A stretch of DNA of 64,000 nt from an uncultured Nitrososphaerota archaeon (GTDB taxonomy: Archaea; Thermoproteota; Nitrososphaeria; Nitrososphaerales; Nitrosopumilaceae). Every line of letters begins with the position of its first letter. Positions within the stretch are counted from its first letter, which is position 1. A program made the position numbers and the translations under genes. Below are positions 51,030 through 59,873 of this stretch, one piece after another. The stretch lies in NCBI GenBank assembly GCA_963701075.1, contig OY969559.1:672001-736000 (forward strand), given 5' to 3'. The notes below the pieces were generated by a model. That model had not been told where the DNA came from. It made no database searches and saw nothing but the letters and a program-made list of their open reading frames with translations.

Positions 51030-52383
51030 ATGTCAACTGATCCAATAAAACATGTTATCGTACTCATGCTTGAAAACAATTCCTTTGATCATATTCTTGG
51101 ATCACTAACCAAGATAAAAAAAATTGATGGAGTGCAACCAAATTTACCATCCACTAACAATTATGCTGGGAATACCTACAAGCAAACAGCTGACAACTCT
51201 CCGATAGTTTCTCCAGATCCAATGCATGATCTCAAAGATACTCTAGCCCAGATTGGAACCGACGACAAGGGCAACGAGATGGGTAACTTTGTTGAAAATT
51301 ATTACGAGTCCTTCAAAGACAAGCCCCAGCCTGCACAGCTCGGGCAAGTTATGAATTATTATTCATTTAACAGCCTGCCTGTACTGCATCAACTAGCTAG
51401 TCAATTTACGATATGTGATCATTGGTTCTCTTCCATGCCTGGACCCACATGGCCAAACCGCCTCTTTGCCATGTCAGGCACTTCACTTGGGAGGGCAACA
51501 ATGCCATCAGGTATAATGGATCTCAGTCTTCACTTTTATGATCAAACCACAATATTTGACCGCCTTGACGAGAAGAAATTAACTTGGAAAGTATACTTTG
51601 GGGATATCCCAGTCTCGTTGGTTCTGGCCCATCAGTGGGAGCCACAAAATGCTGTTCGCCATAGGCCATTGCTCGAACTCTACGATGATTTCAAAAAAGA
51701 ATCAGAAGTGCCAAATTTTGTTTGGATAGAGCCAAGCTACATGCCGCCTACAGCAAACGATTACCATCCTCCACACAATGTTTTTCGTGGAGAAAAACTT
51801 GTTGCAGATGTCTACAACGCTTTGCGCGCAAACGAAGAACTTTGGAACTCTACTCTCTTTGTAGTGTTATTTGATGAGCATGGGGGCTTTTACAATCATG
51901 TCACACCCCCGCAAGCAACTCCTCCGGACAATAATAGCAAAGAGTGGACTTTTAATCAACTAGGTGTGCGGGTCCCTGCAATTCTTGTCTCTCCATGGGT
52001 TGGAAATGGTGTAATATCAGACACCTTTGACCACACAAGTCTGCTCAAATATTTGACAGACAAGTGGGGGCTAGGGACACTTGGAGCGCGGACAGCCAAT
52101 GCAAAAAGTTTTGCCAGTGCGATTTCATCTACATGCAGGCCAGATACTCTAAAACAACTAACAGTTCCATCTTTTGATGAAACCCAAACCATTCCAGACG
52201 AGCTAACAGAGCATGAAAAAGCCATGGTCTCTCTTTCTAAGGTACTGGAATCAAAGGCAGGAGAAGATGACAGTGTAATTGCCCAACGCAGCAAGCAGAG
52301 CTCAAAAAGACCTGTCTGGACAGATTGATGCAGCCTTGAGCCGTGTACAAGGTTTTCTTAGCCACCAAGCCTTCAAAATTTAG
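51030..52383 (+). CDS. Phosphoesterase / phospholipase C family protein (probable frameshift near 52300)
   Basis: IKHVIVLMLENNSFDH, PGPTWPNR, DEHGGFYNHV, GVRVP and DHTS motifs. An alternate frame ends QIDAALSRVQGFLSHQAFKI*. No signal peptide. Confidence 0.88.
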
Positions 52384-52481
52384 TGGCTCTATCCGGTACA
52401 ACTAGATAAATAAGATCATAATTCAAATCTAGAGGAAATCTACGTCACTTTTTTTAAGCATTAATTTTAGAATCATAACAA

Positions 52482-52918
52482 ATGAAACACGCAGACTTGC
52501 AATAACATTCATCATAATAGGTTCTTTTTTTGGTATCGTTTTTGCCTTTACACAACAAGCAAGATATTCGTATCCGGCTCCAGAACCTACAACAATGTGC
52601 AAAACAGTACAAAACATAGAACAGGCATTGGTATCTTTTACTGTTGACAAAGCAAAAGCAATTTCTATTGCAAAAGGCAGCATGGAATTTGAAAAAAATA
52701 CCGCAGGATACAATGTAGAAAATACCGAAGTACAGGTGCCCTTTAGTTTTAACGTATTTAGCTGCTCATTTCCTCGTATAGAAAATGTATTTGTGGGCTT
52801 TCTTCTCAGTAATGGAACACAATCGCATGTCTTGCTTTTGCAAGAAGACCCTTCCCTCGGTGGGGTTGACGCAATAGAACAAGTTCCAGTTGGTCAATAT
52901 GGATTTTTCAAACAATAG
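52482..52918 (+). CDS. Membrane-anchored hypothetical protein (probable 1-nt deletion just after the ATG)
   Basis: Adding one A gives MKTRRLAITFIIIGSFFGIVFAF in frame with ORF 52595-52918. A TATA-like TTTTTAAG lies ~25 nt upstream. Confidence 0.6.
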
Positions 52919-52930
52919 GATATGCCAAAA

Positions 52931-53542
52931 ATGAAGATTCCATATCTTACAATAGTTTCAGTAACTACCTTGGCAATCACCATTTCAGTCTATGTTTTCC
53001 TTCTTATCCAAAACGAGCCAATACAACCACAGCAATGCTCAGAATCTCAATTAACCAATTGCATATCCAGTTTTAGCATGGAGATAGACAACGAGAGCAA
53101 AAATTATCATAAATTTCAAGTCATGGATACAGTAAACAAGCCAGTAGAATTTGACGGCATAAAATTCGTATATGCTGGCACCAGTACGCCTAGCACTGAC
53201 GGCATAAACTGTGATGCCGTATTTCCAAGGGCAATAAACTCAACCTTGGGTCACCACCCTCCAGAAATTGTAAACTATGGCGGATACTTCAAAATAAACG
53301 AGACTCGGCACTTTACTGCTACTTTTCCAAATGGCCAGACAAAATCCCTTACGCTGTGCTGGAATGGTAATGCAAGAGCAAAGGTTACGCAGATGATAGA
53401 TTCTGGCCTGGGAATAGGTCCAATGTTTTGTCCTTCAAGGACAAGTTGGTTTGATGATAACAAGACTGCCGGCATAATTCAAGATGAATACTGTTCTTCT
53501 GACAGTCCATATTATGACAATTACATTGCGGAGGTACGATAA
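52931..53542 (+). CDS. Secreted Cys-rich hypothetical protein
   Basis: MKIPYLTI leader, TM segment, six Cys. Confidence 0.72.
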   Translation: MKIPYLTIVSVTTLAITISVYVFLLIQNEPIQPQQCSESQLTNCISSFSMEIDNESKNYHKFQVMDTVNKPVEFDGIKFVYAGTSTPSTDGINCDAVFPRAINSTLGHHPPEIVNYGGYFKINETRHFTATFPNGQTKSLTLCWNGNARAKVTQMIDSGLGIGPMFCPSRTSWFDDNKTAGIIQDEYCSSDSPYYDNYIAEVR

Positions 53543-54781
53543 ATGAAAACTCTACATCTTGCAATAATTCTAGCCAGCACATTTCTACTCCTTACACTTG
53601 GCACTCACAATACATTTGCATCACAGGAATTTATACTGTCATCTCTTCCAATTAATCTCAGTCCAAATCCTCCGGTGATGATAGATCAAGTAGAACTTGA
53701 CAGTGCATTTGCATTATTTCCTGATAATCAAACATGTTATGACAAGCCAGGATTTGCCAACAACTATACTTGTTCTACAAATTTGGTTCCAGGCCACAAG
53801 GTTCAATGCGCATATTTTATTGGCAGTAGCTACTGTGAACCCATACATCGATACACCAGCGGTACAAGACAGACATGCCTTGATCTAAATACCATTCAGA
53901 ATACACCTCAATGGTTTGATATGTACAATACGCAAAACAAGACAGTACAGATACAATTGTTTGCGCTCACAATACATCAAGGAACAAGACCATGGGGACA
54001 GCAAGGGATTCCTCCTGCCGTGATTAGTCTTGGACCATATGAAAAATGCACATACACATTTAATCCCGTAGACGAACCTCTCTCACTTGACCAGACAAAC
54101 ATGTCTACGGTAATATCGTACACATATGGTGCAAAGAACTATACCGTATCAACACCCGAGCTGACTGACATACAAAACGATAGCAGGACATGGCAACTTG
54201 ACGGAAACAAGTGGGTTTTTGCAGAACAAAATACGGTGCAACCTCCAGAGATTCCAATCTTGCCACTACAGCAACTCAAGTCAGGAATACCTATAGAGTA
54301 CATACAGTGCAAACCTCCTCTCGTACTGTTTCTAAAACAGGAAGATAAATCTCCTGCCTGTCTTACCCTTGATACGTCAGACAAGCTGCAAAAGATCAAG
54401 TGGCTTGCCCAGCCTCCATACCGTAACATCATTGTCAACAAGACAAGAGATCTAGTCACTTCAAGTCCAACTTTTGAGACTTTTGGAATCAAAAGCACTC
54501 TTTTTGTAGACAATGACTTTACATGCATCTTGACAGAACCACTGCAATGCACCAGCCAGGCCTTTTTTGATGGGGCTCGCCCCGGTTATGGCAATGGGAC
54601 AAATCCGCTTGTTCCTGTAAATACAATCATCCATCACAATGTGACAATTCTGACAAATAATACAAATCATGTAGAATGTGCAGTAATTGATGGACTCTGG
54701 GATGACCTAAACCAGAAACCACTTGAGAAAAATGATCCGATTTGTGGATATCTGTATGGATTCAAGGGAGGGTTGCCGTAG
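53543..54781 (+). CDS. Secreted protein with central SPLKQ-type Cys module
   Basis: MKTLHL leader; LPLQQLKSGIP...C...KQEDKSPAC...KW. Confidence 0.8.
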   Translation: MKTLHLAIILASTFLLLTLGTHNTFASQEFILSSLPINLSPNPPVMIDQVELDSAFALFPDNQTCYDKPGFANNYTCSTNLVPGHKVQCAYFIGSSYCEPIHRYTSGTRQTCLDLNTIQNTPQWFDMYNTQNKTVQIQLFALTIHQGTRPWGQQGIPPAVISLGPYEKCTYTFNPVDEPLSLDQTNMSTVISYTYGAKNYTVSTPELTDIQNDSRTWQLDGNKWVFAEQNTVQPPEIPILPLQQLKSGIPIEYIQCKPPLVLFLKQEDKSPACLTLDTSDKLQKIKWLAQPPYRNIIVNKTRDLVTSSPTFETFGIKSTLFVDNDFTCILTEPLQCTSQAFFDGARPGYGNGTNPLVPVNTIIHHNVTILTNNTNHVECAVIDGLWDDLNQKPLEKNDPICGYLYGFKGGLP

Positions 54782-54783
54782 AA

Positions 54784-55722
54784 ATGAAAACTCTACATAT
54801 TTCAATAATCATATTGATTACAATCGTAATTGTGGAGATTAATACGAATGCGTATGCAACGTGTGCATTTACAGGTCTGGATAAAAAAGAGATCTGTGTG
54901 AACGGTAATCTACTTGATATTTCAGCACAAGGAGAAAATGATAGATGTGTTGCAGGACCGGGAATGTCGTGCCCAATAGCAAATATTGAATCGCCATTAA
55001 CGCAATTCAAATCAGGTATTGCAGCAAAGAATGTGGCATGTGCCAATGATCTTATGCTAGTTATCAAAGCAGAGGATAATTCTCCGGCATGTGTAAAATC
55101 TGATACTGCCCAGAAATTGATGGAAAAAGGTTGGACAAGAGAGGTTGTCACATCAAACTTGGATGTAGACTCGTCATGTAATGGAACCACAATACTTTCC
55201 CCAAACTATCACGCAATGATGTTTCCAGTTCTTTTGATGCAGCCAAACTCAACCTCATGTGTAAAATTGACTTATACTGTTATCAGACCTTATGGCGTGT
55301 ATGAAGATAGTGTAAGCTGGCCACAAAATGAGACCATTCCACTTCAGATAAGCGATCTAAACTATGAAGGTAATGCTAACGAGTTTGGAATAACTCAAGG
55401 AAAAGACTATACAAATTCATTCAACATTATTGCATTTCCAAAAATAATTGATCATGCAAATTATCCTGTAGGCTCTAACTTTACAGTAACTTATCTAATT
55501 CGACCTCTGCCAAACGCAACTGGCTTTTACGACCAATCAATACCAATGCCTCTCTGTTTTCGGTATCCTCTTGCAGTAGGACATACTGCAGAGCAAGTAA
55601 ACTCGTCTGATTTCTCAAAGGATCTATTCATTATGTTGAATCACTCCTGCATGAGAGGACAAGATGAACTTGTAGGAGTAGAGGTAAAGGGCATGAACTA
55701 CACTGAGATGAAGCTTCCATGA
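54784..55722 (+). CDS. Secreted protein with SPLKQ-type Cys module
   Basis: MKTLHI leader; SPLTQFKSGI...C...KAEDNSPACV...KGW. Confidence 0.8.
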   Translation: MKTLHISIIILITIVIVEINTNAYATCAFTGLDKKEICVNGNLLDISAQGENDRCVAGPGMSCPIANIESPLTQFKSGIAAKNVACANDLMLVIKAEDNSPACVKSDTAQKLMEKGWTREVVTSNLDVDSSCNGTTILSPNYHAMMFPVLLMQPNSTSCVKLTYTVIRPYGVYEDSVSWPQNETIPLQISDLNYEGNANEFGITQGKDYTNSFNIIAFPKIIDHANYPVGSNFTVTYLIRPLPNATGFYDQSIPMPLCFRYPLAVGHTAEQVNSSDFSKDLFIMLNHSCMRGQDELVGVEVKGMNYTEMKLP

Positions 55723-55750
55723 TCTGCCAAAATTTACTGGATATTGCAAG

Positions 55751-57163
55751 ATGAAATCTCTATCTTTCTTAATAATTGCAATTCTGGTACTTTTCACACT
55801 GCTGTACCTCAAACCGATACAGGCAGACAGCACAGGTAACATCGAAATACAAGACATCAAAACTCTGCCTACTGCAGTTATCATTGGACACACGTTCAAG
55901 ATTAACGCGACCCTTGTCAACAACTCGATAAGCCCGATATCTGTTGAACATGGCCCCTGTGAAGCCCCGTTCTCTGCAACTTTTGATAGTCATGTCCTAG
56001 TCAGGATGAATAACATAACATGTACGACTGACATGGTCTTGCAAAAACTAGACCCCGAAGAAAAAATCACGGCCACCAGTCCATACTTGGATGTCGCCTA
56101 TGTGGCTTCACAACCAGGAACAGTAAACGCAACCGTAACATTCCGATATTCGATATGGGATCAAAATAACCAGTCAAACGTCGAGGAAAAAGTTTCAGCG
56201 CCATTTTCATTTAACATAAATCCTATGACCCAAGTGTCACCACTGGAACCATCTGAAAATAATGATAATTCTTTTGTGCTAAATTTCGAATCTGTAAAAG
56301 AGAGATATCTGACACTAATCAACGCAACAGAACTCAATCTTGTCATAACTAATAGTTCAGAGTTTAAGGAACAGGTACAAGGATACAACTATAGCTTTGC
56401 AGAAGCAATATCTAGACTTGGATATGATAAAAACAACAGCTATACGGTGTGGCCTGTAGATGTCGTATATTCTCTATATCACTCTGACTTGTATGACTAT
56501 GACAAGACACTGGTTGTTACAATGGATTCAAACTTGAATATGCTTGGCACTACAGAATACAATCCTTGGAATGTGCCGCCTGGCTATCCACGTCCTGCAA
56601 TGAGTCCACTCTTCATACATGGAAACTATGCCCCGCCGAAAATTGATATCAACAAACTGGTAAATCTCATACCACCTTCTCCGCCCGAGCAGGTAAAACA
56701 TGGAGTAGCTCCAAACGATGTTAACTGTCTTGCTGGTTTTGGATTGATCTTCAAGCAAGAAGACAGATCACCTGCTTGCGTCAGTGATAATACTGGCAGA
56801 TACCTCGCAGAACGTGGATGGGCAATAAATCAGACTCAAGAATCAATCATTCTGGCAGAGGACCATGGAGAAGATGATATGAACAAGAATGGAACAATAA
56901 CTGGAAAAAATACGATTGACATAAACATAAAAAATTTCCAGATTCTCTCTCCACCTGTTACTGTTGAAATCTTTTATTCAAATGGTACATTGTATGAGAC
57001 TGATGAAATATCCTCAAATAGCATTCAACCAGGCGGCTATTACAAATACACTTTTACAGTCTCATCTACAAATGCAAGTGATGTCTTTGGCAAATACCGG
57101 GTGGATGTAGAGCACAATGGCAACAAGGCAGAGACATTCGTTGAGATTTTAGTACCACCTTAG
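55751..57163 (+). CDS. Secreted protein with SPLKQ-type Cys module
   Basis: MKSLSF leader; SPPEQVKHGV...C...KQEDRSPACV...RGW. Confidence 0.8.
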   Translation: MKSLSFLIIAILVLFTLLYLKPIQADSTGNIEIQDIKTLPTAVIIGHTFKINATLVNNSISPISVEHGPCEAPFSATFDSHVLVRMNNITCTTDMVLQKLDPEEKITATSPYLDVAYVASQPGTVNATVTFRYSIWDQNNQSNVEEKVSAPFSFNINPMTQVSPLEPSENNDNSFVLNFESVKERYLTLINATELNLVITNSSEFKEQVQGYNYSFAEAISRLGYDKNNSYTVWPVDVVYSLYHSDLYDYDKTLVVTMDSNLNMLGTTEYNPWNVPPGYPRPAMSPLFIHGNYAPPKIDINKLVNLIPPSPPEQVKHGVAPNDVNCLAGFGLIFKQEDRSPACVSDNTGRYLAERGWAINQTQESIILAEDHGEDDMNKNGTITGKNTIDINIKNFQILSPPVTVEIFYSNGTLYETDEISSNSIQPGGYYKYTFTVSSTNASDVFGKYRVDVEHNGNKAETFVEILVPP

Positions 57164-57165
57164 AA

Positions 57166-58335
57166 ATGAAAACGCTACATCTTATCGTAATTACAATTCT
57201 AGGAGTTGCCATTGTTATGGGCAGTAATGTCGTATCTGCACAGGCTGAAACAACGGTTTCTCCGCTAAAACAATTCCAATCAGGAATACCAATTTCGAAC
57301 ATACAGTGTGCGCAAGACCTTTCACTTGTCATCAAGGCAGAAGACAAAACTCCGGCCTGCATCAACCAAGACAGCATTTCAAAGCTCATACTACGTGGTT
57401 GGCTAAGTACAACATCTTCTCTTGGCCAAAATAATACAATTTTTGGCAACTTTTATCAAGGAATAGAAAATGATTCCGGAATTGTATCCATCAAGAACCA
57501 GACTTATTACATGATGACTGTATCAAACACCACTTATCCAATAGTACATGGCATGACAGTAAAATTCCATCAGGTAACTTTCTCATTTCCATATGGCGCA
57601 CAAGCTACGCCGGGAGGCATCATCATTCCTTTTGACATGACATTCCCAGACGGTACCACGGAAACATATGGAAACGTTACAAAGAATCCAGACGGTTCTG
57701 GTTCTATCTCAGGTATATCGCTTGGTCCCGGGCCATCATCAAACAGGACTGTTACGGTTCAAAGCGATCACATGCATCATCAATCTGGTGTAACCCTGAC
57801 AGAAGATCAGGTAAAACTCCTAGTTAGTACAGATACAACGACCATACAAACACAGACACCTGAAAACCATACATTACCTGCCTCGTTTGAGCCATGTGAC
57901 ACACCTTTTCCACAAAATTATACAGGGATACCAATCTTGTACATGCAGCAAAACTCGACAGCGAAAATTTGCGTAAGATACCACAACCTCAATGACTTTG
58001 CAGCCCAGGCAGGAATCAGAGTCTCTGATGCAGGCAACCTGACTGGAGAGGCAACTGCGATCTCAACTTGGAGTGACTCGGAAAACAACCAGATACCTCC
58101 AAATCAAGACCTAACAATTGTATACTGGATCAAGACGGGAGACAAGGCAGGATTTTATGGACTGACAATATTTTGTGCTCCGATGCCTTTGGTTGTGGGA
58201 TATGACAACAATTCTACCATAACTGCAAGTGATTTTCCATGGTTTGGCAAGCAGTTTGAATGCCCAATGGGAACATATGATTATCATATTGACAGCACGA
58301 CTGGGATTGGAGTAAAATACATGCCAGTGAAATAA
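57166..58335 (+). CDS. Secreted protein with N-terminal SPLKQ-type Cys module
   Basis: MKTLHL leader; SPLKQFQSGI...C...KAEDKTPACI...RGW. Confidence 0.8.
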   Translation: MKTLHLIVITILGVAIVMGSNVVSAQAETTVSPLKQFQSGIPISNIQCAQDLSLVIKAEDKTPACINQDSISKLILRGWLSTTSSLGQNNTIFGNFYQGIENDSGIVSIKNQTYYMMTVSNTTYPIVHGMTVKFHQVTFSFPYGAQATPGGIIIPFDMTFPDGTTETYGNVTKNPDGSGSISGISLGPGPSSNRTVTVQSDHMHHQSGVTLTEDQVKLLVSTDTTTIQTQTPENHTLPASFEPCDTPFPQNYTGIPILYMQQNSTAKICVRYHNLNDFAAQAGIRVSDAGNLTGEATAISTWSDSENNQIPPNQDLTIVYWIKTGDKAGFYGLTIFCAPMPLVVGYDNNSTITASDFPWFGKQFECPMGTYDYHIDSTTGIGVKYMPVK

Positions 58336-58349
58336 TGTAATGAAAAATT

Positions 58350-58785
58350 ACGGTTCCTAATTTTTTGGCAAACTTTATGTGTCCAAATTAACACTCTGGT
58401 TCAAAATCATGTTCATGAACAGTTCACAGGTTAATGGCAGGTTCAAAGTGTGAACCATGTTCAAAATTAAACTCATGTTCACAAGTTGGCAAGCTCTTTT
58501 TTTTTGAACCGTTTTTCATATATGAATTAACACGAGTTAACAAAACATTTTGTGCCTAGTGAGTCTAACTAACATAGAGTTAACAAACTTCGTGCGTGCA
58601 TTTTAACATGTTAAAAATTTGGTTCAAAATATTGTGAGCTAAATCTTAACATGTTAATTCTTGTTCAAACTGGTTAAATCATGTTAAAATTATAATGTCG
58701 CACATAATGTCATCTTGAATCGGACATTATACGAACGAAATCGAGGTAAAAAAGCTTTAATTATTGTGTAGCAATCGGACATTAT
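58350..58785 (-). repeat. Right non-coding palindrome-rich element (inverted homologue of 44888-45325)
   Basis: TTCGTGCGTGC at 58589-58599; palindromes at 58601-58616 and 58646-58657; AATCGGACATTAT twice (58718, 58773). Confidence 0.85.
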
Positions 58786-58867
58786 TGGAACAAAAAATAA
58801 CAGAATACAATTTTATCATGAACAATGTTTACGAATGCATAAATACATTAAAACCAAGTCTACGTAA

Positions 58868-59764
58868 ATGAAAGTCATTTTATTTTTAGGGTTTGTAGCA
58901 ATACTCTTTTTCGCAGGTGCAATGTTTGCAACTCAAGCCAGTGCACAGCAATATCCATCGCAGTCCGGACAACACCAATTCCAAGGAACGCGTACCCCTG
59001 TAAATGGCACAACATATACCAACGCTAACTATGGAGTTCAAGTGGCAATTCCAGATGGATGGAGTGGCTCTGAGATAAAGCGAACTACGGGAGCTACATC
59101 TGTAACTTTAGCACCGGGAGGATTTCAGTCAATGCAAGGAGGACAGCGTCCACCAGTTACTATATCTATATCCGTGATACCAAAAGGCTCTACACCATAT
59201 ACTCCACACTTTATGCCAAGAAATATGCAAGATGGTGAAACGTGTACCAATTCTACATCAACACAGACTTTTAACAGCTTGAACTTTAATGAAGTAATTG
59301 TAGAATGTAACGGAACTGTGGATATGAAGTCCCAGTATGAGATGACCCAGACAGACTCGGCCTATATTACACTTGGACTGAGGGCAAGCCCATCATCTGG
59401 TTTTGATTCTCAAGTTACAACCTTTGATACCATGCTTGGGACATTGCAGATTACAAACGCATCTCAGAATACCGTAACTCCATCTCAAAGCATTGTAATT
59501 CCGTCGTGGGTAAAGAAGAATGCTGGTTACTGGGCAACAGGTCAGCTAGGTGATTCTGATTTTGTTTCAGGTATGCAGTATTTAGTTCAACAAGGAATAA
59601 TGAAAATACCATTATCGACATCAGCATCAAATTCTTCATCTCAACAAATCCCATCTTGGGTAAAAACAAATGCTGGTTGGTGGGCCAATGGACAAATATC
59701 TGATAGCGACTTTGTCAAAGGAATACAATATCTTGTATCAAACGGCATAATGAAAATATCATAA
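58868..59764 (+). CDS. Secreted protein with tandem thaumarchaeal IPSWVKxNAGWW C-terminal repeats
   Basis: Signal peptide, PsbP-like core (YGVQVAIPDGWS), two IPSWVK...DSDFV.G.QYL repeats. Confidence 0.8.
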   Translation: MKVILFLGFVAILFFAGAMFATQASAQQYPSQSGQHQFQGTRTPVNGTTYTNANYGVQVAIPDGWSGSEIKRTTGATSVTLAPGGFQSMQGGQRPPVTISISVIPKGSTPYTPHFMPRNMQDGETCTNSTSTQTFNSLNFNEVIVECNGTVDMKSQYEMTQTDSAYITLGLRASPSSGFDSQVTTFDTMLGTLQITNASQNTVTPSQSIVIPSWVKKNAGYWATGQLGDSDFVSGMQYLVQQGIMKIPLSTSASNSSSQQIPSWVKTNAGWWANGQISDSDFVKGIQYLVSNGIMKIS

Positions 59765-59873
59765 ATCAAATCCCAACAAAACATTATCTCAGTACTTTGA
59801 TTAAATTTTGTTTATATCATGTCAGGAATCTGAAATATGATGTAATATTAAGAGAGTTTGATTACTGTTTAGC

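Larger units (their letters stand above)
49003..52443. repeat. 52-bp direct repeat pair (49003-49054 and 52392-52443, one mismatch)
   Basis: TCCGGTACAACTAGATAAATAAGATCATAATTCAAATCTAGAG(A/G)AAATCTAC. Confidence 0.95.
44888..58785. mobile_element. Accessory genomic island next to tRNA-Gln, bounded by long degenerate inverted elements
   Basis: Abrupt switch to accessory genes, a TA remnant, internal direct repeats and homologous inverted ends. No recombinase is visible, and the boundaries are approximate. Confidence 0.6.

Noticed and set aside
31059-58335. Diversity-generating retroelement behind the surface-protein variation
   Set aside because: There is no reverse transcriptase, and the repeat pairs do not show adenine-specific mismatches.
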